From: a virus | Lineage: Duplodnaviria; Caudoviricetes | Virus record (IMG/VR): IMGVR_UViG_3300033076_000244 | Coordinates: 1 to 25,059 of that record | DNA: 25,059 nucleotides | Strand: one strand, 5' to 3' | In this document: piece by piece, positions 17,554 to 25,059 of the stretch | Numbering within the stretch: position 1 is the first letter of the stretch | How the letters are laid out: every line of letters starts with the position of its first letter | The notes under the pieces: model-generated | Told to the model about the DNA's origin: nothing | Database searches by the model: none | What the model saw: only the letters and a program-made list of their open reading frames with translations | Program-made: the position numbers and the translations under genes

Positions 17554-17686
17554 CTTTAGTGGGCTCCTGGGGCTTGCTATCATCCTTGGGCTTGGGTTCC
17601 TCTTGCCGGTCTTTCTTAAAGATTGTGTCCCAATTGTCCCATATCTTTTTAATGTCTTCGTTGCGTCTTGCGCTGCCTTTTCCCAT
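17540..17686 (-). CDS. Small hypothetical protein (48 aa), absent from the ORF track
   Basis: MGKGSARRNEDIKKIWDNWDTIFKKDRQEEPKPKDDSKPQEPTKENAK-stop; RBS GAGG; fills the gap; GKGS...NWD.IF pattern recalled from small phage proteins. Confidence 0.75.
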   Translation of the reverse strand: MGKGSARRNEDIKKIWDNWDTIFKKDRQEEPKPKDDSKPQEPTKENAK

Positions 17687-17689
17687 ATG

Positions 17690-17878
17690 TTACCTCTTTG
17701 CTAATACTTTCTTTGCGATGTCTGCACCGCTGACCACGCCTGCATAAGCCAACAGCATGGTCCAATCAATTGTGTTGATATTGTGTATGATTACATAAGT
17801 GCAAGTAGCATAGCAAACTGCTGTCCAAAAGCGTGTCATGCTAAACTCACCGGCGCTGTCTTTAAAAAATGCAATCAT
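17690..17878 (-). CDS. Small two-TM membrane protein, putative holin
   Basis: 62 aa; GEFSMTRFW start, two hydrophobic segments, basic tail KKVLAKR; ATGA overlap with the upstream gene. Confidence 0.6.
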   Translation of the reverse strand: MIAFFKDSAGEFSMTRFWTAVCYATCTYVIIHNINTIDWTMLLAYAGVVSGADIAKKVLAKR

Positions 17879-18108
17879 AAAAACTCTCCGGGCATAATAA
17901 TCCTAGGACGATTTAGTTCATCCTGCAAATCACAAGCATGGCATACTGCATGTTCAGCATCTTCTTCATCTAGTTCGTAGACTGTGTGTGGTGTCATTGC
18001 TGTGCAAGCGGCTATTTCAAATGCTTTTGCATGTCGCTCACATAATATCATTGTGTTTTCTTCAATAGCACAAATGAACTTCTTTTCTATATCATTGACT
18101 TGGGTCAT
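17875..18108 (-). CDS. Small Cys/His-rich hypothetical protein (possible Zn binder)
   Basis: LCERH and VCHAC motifs. Confidence 0.6.
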   Translation of the reverse strand: MTQVNDIEKKFICAIEENTMILCERHAKAFEIAACTAMTPHTVYELDEEDAEHAVCHACDLQDELNRPRIIMPGEFL

Positions 18109-19717
18109 AACTTTGCTTCCAGGCTGGTTTATTTGAGTAATCTCTTGTTACATATCTATCGCGTTGTGCTCTCATTCTGTCCGCTGGTGTTCTATTGTCC
18201 CAGGGTTCGGCGATTCCTTGTAAACATGCAAGTAATGCATACCTAGCACTATCAATACAGTCATCAGGATCACTAAATCTTCCTTTTTCATCTACGAAAT
18301 AGTTTTGTGCTTCGCTTAAGAATTGAGTGCAGTTTTCATTAACCATCAAACTACCAACTTCTAGCATTTGGCGCATTTGGTTAATGCCATATGCTTTGTG
18401 ATTGGTTACTCTACCCTGCATATCGGGCGGATTCATGATTGCTTTATCATATACATTTAGTTCATATGACTCAAATAATTCACGAATGGAATTGGAACTC
18501 ATTGTGTATCTGCCACTAGTGCTAGCATCAGCAGGTAGCACAATAGGACAACCAAAAACCTCAGGACGAAGGAGATGATTAATATACTGTGTGGGGACTG
18601 CTTCTTCAACACCCTGCACAACAATTTGTCTATGTAGGAAAGCAGTTCGCTCATATGGGTCCCAATACATTAATGATATAACAGTTTTGTCGTTAACCAA
18701 ACCTAAGTCAAGTGCAATAACTCTATGTATGTTTGGCATGCGTGTGAAATCATATTCACCAGATTTGTATAATGGCCAGTTACCAAGTTGAAACACAGCA
18801 CCTTTACCCATAACAGGTTTACCAGCAATACGAGCCTCACGCTCATGTGGCAAGTAATCTCGTTCTAGTTGTCGTCTTGTTTCTTTTAGTAGGAATGGTT
18901 CTCCCCATGGACTGTATTCTGGCACATCGTCCCATGACACACGAATGTATTCATAGCCTTCTTCTTTGTTCCAGAATTTACTTACAAGGCCATTAAGACC
19001 TTTAAGTGGTGTGAACGAACATAAAACTTTACCCTGGGTGGTAGCAGTTCGCGTAACAATTTCACTGAAAAAGTCGTCGGGTGGTTGTTCATCAAATACC
19101 GCCAAATTAAGTTTAAAACCTTGAAGTTGTCTAACTTCCTGTGTGTAGTTGGCAAACAACAAATAACTTTTGCCGCCACTGCTATGTTTAATTTCACAGC
19201 CAATACAGTTGGCACCATCATTACGCATGGTATCAACAATAATACATTCGCGAGGTATCGCACCAGTGCCAAGATTTTCTGTTATCTTAACATCCTGTGT
19301 GCCCAATAGTTCTTGTTGCAATACCAAAGCCACCTGACTCCAGCCTTCACCTGCTACCATGCAAGTGATAGGGCTAGTGAATCTATGTCCTTCCCACCAA
19401 TCAGGATAGCGTCCAGTTAAATGCATAGCAGTTTCATAGCAAGTGCTAACTGTTTTACCAATACGGTTTGCAGCCAGCACTCCTCTGCGTTCATTCTTTG
19501 GATTACTACCAGTAAAGAAAAACTTCTTTTGATGCTCAAATGGTCTAAAGTATTTGAGTTGGTTGAACTGCATGTCTTCAGCAACACTTAGTGCCAAATC
19601 TTGCAGTTGATTCTTTAGAGGACCCGGTATTGTTTTAAGTGCATCTACTGTTAGTTGATGTTCATCAACAACATAGCGCAATGCTCTAGACATCAATACA
19701 TCTGTGCCTAGCATCAC
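18092..19717 (-). CDS. terL: Terminase large subunit
   Basis: Walker A AANRIGKT, Walker B LAVFDEQPP, coupling motif SFTPLKG, RNase H-like IALDLG and DDCIDSARYA. Confidence 0.95.
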   Translation of the reverse strand: MMLGTDVLMSRALRYVVDEHQLTVDALKTIPGPLKNQLQDLALSVAEDMQFNQLKYFRPFEHQKKFFFTGSNPKNERRGVLAANRIGKTVSTCYETAMHLTGRYPDWWEGHRFTSPITCMVAGEGWSQVALVLQQELLGTQDVKITENLGTGAIPRECIIVDTMRNDGANCIGCEIKHSSGGKSYLLFANYTQEVRQLQGFKLNLAVFDEQPPDDFFSEIVTRTATTQGKVLCSFTPLKGLNGLVSKFWNKEEGYEYIRVSWDDVPEYSPWGEPFLLKETRRQLERDYLPHEREARIAGKPVMGKGAVFQLGNWPLYKSGEYDFTRMPNIHRVIALDLGLVNDKTVISLMYWDPYERTAFLHRQIVVQGVEEAVPTQYINHLLRPEVFGCPIVLPADASTSGRYTMSSNSIRELFESYELNVYDKAIMNPPDMQGRVTNHKAYGINQMRQMLEVGSLMVNENCTQFLSEAQNYFVDEKGRFSDPDDCIDSARYALLACLQGIAEPWDNRTPADRMRAQRDRYVTRDYSNKPAWKQSYDPSQ

Positions 19718-19914
19718 TGCACCTTATTGTTTTTTAATTGTCGTTGTAGCCAATCTTGTAGAATATCTACTTCTTCGCGAGTTAAAATTAAATGTATGTT
19801 TAGATCTTCACGGTCATCATGGTTTAATCTAAATGTAAGTTCAAACTGATCAGGACCAGTCCAAATTCCACCTACATCAACGCCGCTTTCTTCATCACAG
19901 GTTAGGTTAAACAT
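19714..19914 (-). CDS. Hypothetical acidic protein (66 aa)
   Basis: Overlaps both neighbours; RBS AGGAG. Confidence 0.65.
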   Translation of the reverse strand: MFNLTCDEESGVDVGGIWTGPDQFELTFRLNHDDREDLNIHLILTREEVDILQDWLQRQLKNNKVQ

Positions 19915-20206
19915 CTTTTAGTTTCTCCTTAACAGTATAAATGTCTAGTATTGCTTTAGCCATGTATGATAGTTCACTGGGATGCATCTTCCATGAGTCT
20001 GGATCTGTAATATCTACACCATCACGCTTGTCTAATCCTGCTTGTAAGCGTTCTGTTAACAAGCGTAGGATGTGTTCTAATTGGCCGGGAAACTTTTCAG
20101 CAAAAGCCACTCTGTGACTGGCATTAATCTTTTGAAGAATTAATGTGTCGTTGACTTTTGCCGCTTCAGTTGCACGACGGATTTCGCTGTCTCGTGCTTG
20201 TGTCAT
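19907..20206 (-). CDS. Hypothetical helical protein (~99 aa)
   Basis: ORF 19907..20230; ATG at 20206 lies 1 nt after the upstream stop. Confidence 0.7.
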   Translation of the reverse strand: MTQARDSEIRRATEAAKVNDTLILQKINASHRVAFAEKFPGQLEHILRLLTERLQAGLDKRDGVDITDPDSWKMHPSELSYMAKAILDIYTVKEKLKDV

Positions 20207-20207
20207 A

Positions 20208-21002
20208 TTACTGATCCAAATCCCAGACATTGGTTACAATGTTGTCGCCTAGAGTAATAAACTCACGATCAATCCATGTATCCCATTGGTTGCTGTTGTT
20301 TACTTTGAAACTTTGCATTAGTGCGCGAAGTTTACGACCCTGAGGAGTTAGTGTGCCATCACCACGAACAATAGTTTGTTCACCGCTGCGAGGATCAACC
20401 CACTTGATAATCTCTGGGCGCTCACGACCATACTTGTCTAATTTTACACCATGCGGGCGTTGTTCAATTGGACCAACAATTTCATAACTGATTTCACCAG
20501 ACTTATACTTGCGAAAGTAAACACTAATCTTTTTGTCCTGCATACGACTTTCAAAATCAGTGTGAGGAATTACATTGCTAACGAAAATGTTTTGCATTTG
20601 GCTGCGTTCTGGCAATGCTTTATCTCGGGCTGGAGGTTCTTTTAGATCTTCTACTGGAACTAGTTCAGTTCTGTCAATGTAAGGGTTATCACCGCCTAGA
20701 TATTTTGGATCAACTTCTTGTCCATTTAGCACATCCATGGCCACTTGATACTTTAACTTGTTGGCACGACCTTTTAAGTTTAATACAACGCCTGTTTCGT
20801 CAAAAACAAAACGCTCTAGTTCTTTGGCTGTGGGAAAGTCAGTCATTAGACCTTCTAAGTCAAAGTCTGCACTATTCATAGCCTTAGGTGCTACACCTGC
20901 TACTTGTTCTGCTACTTCAATGATTTCTTGTTTTGTGGGAGCCGATTCGTCCCAAGGATTTTCTACCTGAGCGGTAGATGGTGGAGTTAGTTTTTTGCTC
21001 AT
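20208..21002 (-). CDS. Hypothetical protein (264 aa)
   Basis: Long co-oriented ORF; no recognisable motif. Confidence 0.8.
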   Translation of the reverse strand: MSKKLTPPSTAQVENPWDESAPTKQEIIEVAEQVAGVAPKAMNSADFDLEGLMTDFPTAKELERFVFDETGVVLNLKGRANKLKYQVAMDVLNGQEVDPKYLGGDNPYIDRTELVPVEDLKEPPARDKALPERSQMQNIFVSNVIPHTDFESRMQDKKISVYFRKYKSGEISYEIVGPIEQRPHGVKLDKYGRERPEIIKWVDPRSGEQTIVRGDGTLTPQGRKLRALMQSFKVNNSNQWDTWIDREFITLGDNIVTNVWDLDQ

Positions 21003-21022
21003 ATCTTCTCTTTTCTATTCAA

Positions 21023-21052
21023 ATGGGAGGACTAGTGCCTCCCATGTATTTA
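21023..21052 (-). promoter_or_regulatory. TAAATA box followed by an 8-bp hairpin
   Basis: TAAATA (21047-21052), then ATGGGAGG-N7-CCTCCCAT (21023-21045), in a 54-nt intergenic gap. Confidence 0.45.
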
Positions 21053-21056
21053 ACTA

Positions 21057-21329
21057 TTACTTTCTTGGTGGACGACCATTGGCAACAGTTGGATTCTTTT
21101 TAGGACCAGTATTGCTATGTAAGCCTTCAAGCGCAGGATTAATTGTGCCTGCTTGACCACGACCACGCATTTCAAGTGCGCTAGTAACCATGTTGGCTAA
21201 TGTAGCACGCTCGCTGTTTGTAGCAGATTTGGCTTTCATAAAGTCTGCTCTTTTGCTACCAGTAGCAACATTACCTGTAGTAGGACCGCGCTTTTGGTTT
21301 ATTGGTTTGCTTTGAGGATTTGTGCTCAT
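21057..21329 (-). CDS. Small basic low-complexity protein (90 aa)
   Basis: RBS AAGGA, ATGA overlap; contains KRGPTTGN. Confidence 0.7.
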   Translation of the reverse strand: MSTNPQSKPINQKRGPTTGNVATGSKRADFMKAKSATNSERATLANMVTSALEMRGRGQAGTINPALEGLHSNTGPKKNPTVANGRPPRK

Positions 21330-21685
21330 TGTGTATTTCCTTTAGTTGGACCGCGACCCATGTTGATCTTATCAGCATTGCCGGTATAGTTTTGTGTGCC
21401 TTTAGGATCCCATGCACGAGTGCCACCAGGATTACGAACTTGTGCGCTACCTGTAAACATATCCTTACCTGGATTTACTTTTGGTAATGCACGAGTTGGG
21501 GGTTCTGCATGTTTGCCTTGCATGGCATCATAATCTTGGTTACCTACTGTGGGACCACGACCTTTGTTAACCAAGCGACCATCATTAGAATGACCGCTCC
21601 ATTGATTTTTAGCGTATTTGTCTGTGCCGCGACTAAATCCAGGTGCAGCCGCGCCAGTTGCTGGGTTTACTTTTTCAAACTTCAT
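21326..21685 (-). CDS. Small basic G/K/N/P-rich protein (119 aa)
   Basis: RBS AAGGA, ATGA overlap; GRGPTVGN and GRGPTKGN motifs. Confidence 0.7.
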   Translation of the reverse strand: MKFEKVNPATGAAAPGFSRGTDKYAKNQWSGHSNDGRLVNKGRGPTVGNQDYDAMQGKHAEPPTRALPKVNPGKDMFTGSAQVRNPGGTRAWDPKGTQNYTGNADKINMGRGPTKGNTQ

Positions 21686-21828
21686 TTTGATTTTCCTTTT
21701 TTGCTTGCTGCCGCCTTCTTAGTAGAATAGGCAATTGCCACAGCCTGCTTCGGAGGCTTTCCTGCGGCGATTTCTTTTTTAACATTCTTAGTGAATGCTT
21801 TTTTAGAGGTTGATTTAATTAACGGCAT
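21682..21828 (-). CDS. Small basic protein (48 aa), absent from the ORF track
   Basis: MPLIKSTSKKAFTKNVKKEIAAGKPPKQAVAIAYSTKKAAASKKGKSK-stop; the GKP.KQAVAIA pattern is common in phage packaging regions; TGA overlaps the next ATG. Confidence 0.85.
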   Translation of the reverse strand: MPLIKSTSKKAFTKNVKKEIAAGKPPKQAVAIAYSTKKAAASKKGKSK

Positions 21829-21846
21829 AGTATTATTTAGCGTTTT
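21827..21846 (-). promoter_or_regulatory. Putative late promoter, 20-bp repeat copy 3
   Basis: AAAACGCTAAATAATACTAT running directly into ATG 21828. Confidence 0.75.
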
Positions 21847-22180
21847 CCACTCCAGCCAACTTTGCTAGGGCTTCTGCAAATGCTAGTTTCTTGGCTTCCA
21901 CAGCGTCTGCGCTGTCTGTAACTTCAATCTTTGCCAAACTGTTCATTACTTTATTAAGAATCAAATTGTGATACTTTAACAATAGTTGTTTGTCATGCCC
22001 ATCACGGGCTTCTAAAAAGTCTTGCACTAACAAGGCTTCATAATCTTGTCCATTGGTCTGGGTTTGAACTTGGTCTAATAACCCTTCAATGGTAATGTGG
22101 CTTTTACTGCCAGGTTTGCGCCCTGCGCCGGGTCTAGCACCACCGTGTTTTTTCTTTTCCGTTTGTTCTGTCTTTTCCAT
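21833..22180 (-). CDS. Putative terminase small subunit-like DNA-binding protein
   Basis: N-terminal HGGARPGAGRKPGS motif typical of TerS-like proteins, followed by helices; first gene of the packaging operon but 2.1 kb from terL. Confidence 0.5.
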   Translation of the reverse strand: MEKTEQTEKKKHGGARPGAGRKPGSKSHITIEGLLDQVQTQTNGQDYEALLVQDFLEARDGHDKQLLLKYHNLILNKVMNSLAKIEVTDSADAVEAKKLAFAEALAKLAGVENAK

Positions 22181-22185
22181 ACTTT

Positions 22186-22214
22186 TATTTATTGTTAATT
22201 TTTACTGTTAAATA
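22186..22214. promoter_or_regulatory. Back-to-back divergent TAAATA boxes
   Basis: Minus TAAATA at 22186-22191 (5 nt before ATG 22180); plus TAAATA at 22209-22214 upstream of the GNAT gene. Confidence 0.6.
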
Positions 22215-22234
22215 CACGATTGAAAGGAACTGCA

Positions 22235-22774
22235 ATGAATTACACTTGGTCACAAGCAACTCCCGCTGACAGCGAAGACATCATGAAATTAAACCTCATG
22301 GTTCAATATGAAGTAGACACTATCTTTAACTTCAATCCAAATGTATTGGCACATCACATTGTCACTGCATTAGTAAATCAATTCTACACAGGTAAAACAG
22401 ACTTTATTGCTGTGGCTCGCGATAATAACAACAAGTTGTTAGCATACACTTGGGTTAAGACCGGCGAACGCAGTATGTGGAGCACTGAAGAAGTTGCTTC
22501 AGTTCGCATGGCTCACTGCGATCCTAACCTAAGTGCTCGTCTGCGTATTAACTTAATAGAAGATATGATGGAATTATGGGAACGATTCGCACAAATTCAT
22601 CTCATACCTATTCTACACAGTAATACACTTAGACAAGAACAAAGCGTATTTCTCAAACTACACCAACGAAATGGTTTTATCGTTAGGGGTAGTGCGGCAT
22701 ATAAAAGAGTTAACCTCAATTACATGCCTACTCGTTTATTTGATAACCCGACACAAGCCACTCCTGCCAATTAG
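22235..22774 (+). CDS. GNAT-fold (acetyltransferase-like) protein
   Basis: YTWSQATPAD start, FIAVARDNNNKLLAYTW beta hairpin, LKLHQRNGF C-terminal motif; ATG 22235 follows AAGGA (the ORF track starts at TTG 22220). Confidence 0.65.
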   Translation: MNYTWSQATPADSEDIMKLNLMVQYEVDTIFNFNPNVLAHHIVTALVNQFYTGKTDFIAVARDNNNKLLAYTWVKTGERSMWSTEEVASVRMAHCDPNLSARLRINLIEDMMELWERFAQIHLIPILHSNTLRQEQSVFLKLHQRNGFIVRGSAAYKRVNLNYMPTRLFDNPTQATPAN

Positions 22775-22839
22775 TTGATACCCAGTTTAGAAAGCGGCAA
22801 AATCAAACTGGTTCTTGATAGGGTTCCGGCCGCTTAACT

Positions 22840-23274
22840 TTAACCTTCCAATGTAACTTCCAACATCCAAATACTTTTGTTCAAATCTAGTATTTGGTCT
22901 TGGCAGTAGTTTGCTATTTCTTCATGCCCTTCTTCACTGGCAATTACTTCTAGTTCAATAAAACAATCACGCACATGTTCTAAATCACTTTTGACTAAAG
23001 TTAATAGTTCATCTGCTGTGCCTTCAATTGGATCTGTGGGCAAATGTGTGCCATCAACAACTGCGTAGATATCGCAGGGCATGTATTCTTTTAATGTGCG
23101 TAACAATTCACCAATGCGGTCAATTTGCTCTTGGCGTCTTGTGTATACACCTTCTAATAACTTGTGGTCACTTCTAAAGTTTCTGCCTGTAACATTTACA
23201 TGTGCGGCATGGCTACGGTAGTATGCCATAAAATTATCATAAAAAACTTGGGTTAGTGCTTCTGCTGTTGTCAT
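22840..23274 (-). CDS. dps: Dps-family ferritin-like protein
   Basis: HVNVTGRNFRSDHKLLE and IDRIGELLR keep the His/His/Asp/Glu ferroxidase pattern; C-terminal KSIWML. Confidence 0.85.
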   Translation of the reverse strand: MTTAEALTQVFYDNFMAYYRSHAAHVNVTGRNFRSDHKLLEGVYTRRQEQIDRIGELLRTLKEYMPCDIYAVVDGTHLPTDPIEGTADELLTLVKSDLEHVRDCFIELEVIASEEGHEEIANYCQDQILDLNKSIWMLEVTLEG

Positions 23275-23275
23275 A

Positions 23276-24091
23276 TTATCTTCTCATTTGTGGAGGCGCC
23301 AATTGGCTATCAAACATAGCAGGATTAGATTCATACTGTTTGATTTGTTCTGGTGTCCATGGACGACCTGTTAATGGATTTATTTCCATGCCTCTCATTC
23401 TACCTGACTGAGGAACTTGCGGACCTAAATCGCCACTGTGGAATAACATAGCAGGACCCACGCTACCTCTAGCAATATTACCAGCCATGGGCAATACTTT
23501 GTTAGCGGCAAATGCTCTTAACTGTGCCATTACGCCCGGTGTTTGTGCAGGAGCAGCCGCGCCTACTGGAGCAACTGGACCTACTGGGGCACCACCTGTT
23601 GGAGCAACCGGTGCTGTAGGAGCAACTGGACCGGATGGTATTGGTGCGCCACCACGACTTTGAATAAGTTGTGTTAGTCTTTGTCTTGCGGCTTCTGCTT
23701 CTGGACCGGTGCCTTGAGCAATTTGCCTTAGAGTTTTCATTTCCTGCGTGGCTGCATGTGTTGCCGCATTAGTTGCACTAACACGACTCATTTCATTGGC
23801 AGCATCAACACCAGCACGCCAACCACTGTATAACTTACCACCACCTAATGCGGCAGCGGCTGCACCAGCCGCAGGTAATGCGTAAGGTGCAACTGCTAGT
23901 CCAGTGCTTGTAGCAACACTAGCAGGGCTACTTCCAACTGGTTCAAACTTAGTTTGTGGAGCAGGAGGCTCGCCAGGATCTGCTGTTACTGGTGTTGCTT
24001 GTTTTTGTTTTTCTGCTTCAGCCTGAAGATAAGCATTAATCTCATCATCACTGTAACCTTCGGCTTTAGCGGCTTCACGATCAAATGCCAT
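23276..24091 (-). CDS. Probable internal virion / DNA ejection protein
   Basis: N-terminal MAFDREAAKAEGYSDDEINAYL motif typical of podovirus internal proteins; A/G/P-rich with hydrophobic ALPAAGAAAAALGGG; RBS AAGGA. Confidence 0.55.
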   Translation of the reverse strand: MAFDREAAKAEGYSDDEINAYLQAEAEKQKQATPVTADPGEPPAPQTKFEPVGSSPASVATSTGLAVAPYALPAAGAAAAALGGGKLYSGWRAGVDAANEMSRVSATNAATHAATQEMKTLRQIAQGTGPEAEAARQRLTQLIQSRGGAPIPSGPVAPTAPVAPTGGAPVGPVAPVGAAAPAQTPGVMAQLRAFAANKVLPMAGNIARGSVGPAMLFHSGDLGPQVPQSGRMRGMEINPLTGRPWTPEQIKQYESNPAMFDSQLAPPQMRR

Positions 24092-24100
24092 GTTTATTCC

Positions 24101-25057
24101 TTAATTGTTAAAACTGCCCAAAGGCCTACGAGCGGCTTTCTTAGCAAACTCTGTTCCATATTCCCAACTGTTACCATTCCATGTTGGCACTGGATAATGT
24201 TTAAATGCATCTACAACTGCGCCTGGATTCTTACCATCTGGATTGTATTTGGCAATGTATGCCGCACGAGCCGCATAGATACCATCATATGCTTCTTGTG
24301 CTCGCTTCTCTTGAGCACTCCATGCTTTATTAAGAGCATCAGTTTTGCGAATCTCTGGGTTAGCACTACGGAAATCATTCTTAGCAACTTGCAAGTCCTT
24401 TTGGAACTGGTCGCGTGTCATTAGTGTCAAGCCAGAATACAATGGTTGACGAGTGATTTCCACATTGGCCTCACGGTTAATCTTGTGTTCTGCTTCACTG
24501 ATAGCACCTGGACCTGCGTTAGCCTTTAATGTCTGTGGTAAGATTTGGTTGTTTAAACCAATCTGTGTATACAACACAGCCTTTTGACGGTCATTTAAGT
24601 TCAATGCCGCAACACGAGTTGACAAGTCAGTTTGGTCTTTGAAGTTACCTGTGATCAAGTCACGCAAGATGTTACCAACTTCGCCACCTTGACTGCCACT
24701 TAGTAGGCCAGCAATTTCAGGATTGTTTAGAATACCATCTGGACCATTGATCTGTTCCTTACGAACACGACTAATCATCTTACCAGCATCTGCTTTTGGC
24801 TGAACATCTTTTTCAATATATTCGTTGTAACGCTTTTGTTCATCAACACTAACTGCACTAGCACCTTCACGCTCTAGTTTTTGTTGTGCTTCTTGACGCT
24901 TCATTTCTTCAACGCTCATACGCTTACCAGGAACCGTTGGAGCAACTGGAGCAGGTTGTGTGCCTTGCGCTGTTGGTGCAACTGGTGCAACTGGTGCAAC
25001 TGGTGCTTTACCTGGTTGTGCTTGTGCTGTTGTTGGTGCTCTATTCAAGTCAGGACG
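24101..25057 (-). CDS. Probable internal virion / ejection protein, 5'-truncated by the window edge
   Basis: Frame stays open past TTG 25048 to the edge; helical content, GPGAISEAE motif, PVAP linker. Confidence 0.55.
   Translation of the reverse strand, partial: RPDLNRAPTTAQAQPGKAPVAPVAPVAPTAQGTQPAPVAPTVPGKRMSVEEMKRQEAQQKLEREGASAVSVDEQKRYNEYIEKDVQPKADAGKMISRVRKEQINGPDGILNNPEIAGLLSGSQGGEVGNILRDLITGNFKDQTDLSTRVAALNLNDRQKAVLYTQIGLNNQILPQTLKANAGPGAISEAEHKINREANVEITRQPLYSGLTLMTRDQFQKDLQVAKNDFRSANPEIRKTDALNKAWSAQEKRAQEAYDGIYAARAAYIAKYNPDGKNPGAVVDAFKHYPVPTWNGNSWEYGTEFAKKAARRPLGSFNN
24974..25006. repeat. 9-bp tandem repeat (TGGTGCAAC) x3.7
   Basis: Three exact copies plus TGGTGC; encodes APVAPVAPVAP. 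Confidence 0.9.
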
Positions 25058-25059
25058 AT

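Noticed and set aside
1-25059. tRNA genes, introns/inteins, stop-codon reassignment
   Set aside because: No cloverleaf noticed in the short intergenic gaps; core genes are intact and of normal length under the standard code

Overview
A ~25 kb segment of a tailed dsDNA phage, almost all coded on the minus strand. In transcription order (right to left): two probable internal-virion/ejection proteins (the first cut by the window edge), a Dps-like ferritin, a lone plus-strand GNAT-fold gene, a TerS-like gene and several small basic proteins, terminase large subunit, portal, scaffold, major capsid protein (DUF5309/SU10-like podovirus type), head-tail adaptor, two long fibre proteins, a holin-like gene and a strong terminator. 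An early region follows, built from four repeated sigma70 promoter cassettes driving three small genes and an ATPase/NUMOD3 operon. The most striking non-coding features are (i) a perfect 20-bp repeat AAAACGCTAAATAATACTAT, plus related TAAATA boxes, resembling T4-type late promoters and often exactly 5 nt before a start codon, and (ii) early cassettes carrying a TGTTG-N8-CAAC(A/G) palindrome that contains the stop codon of the upstream gene in two cases. All family assignments come from motif recognition by eye; no searches were run.
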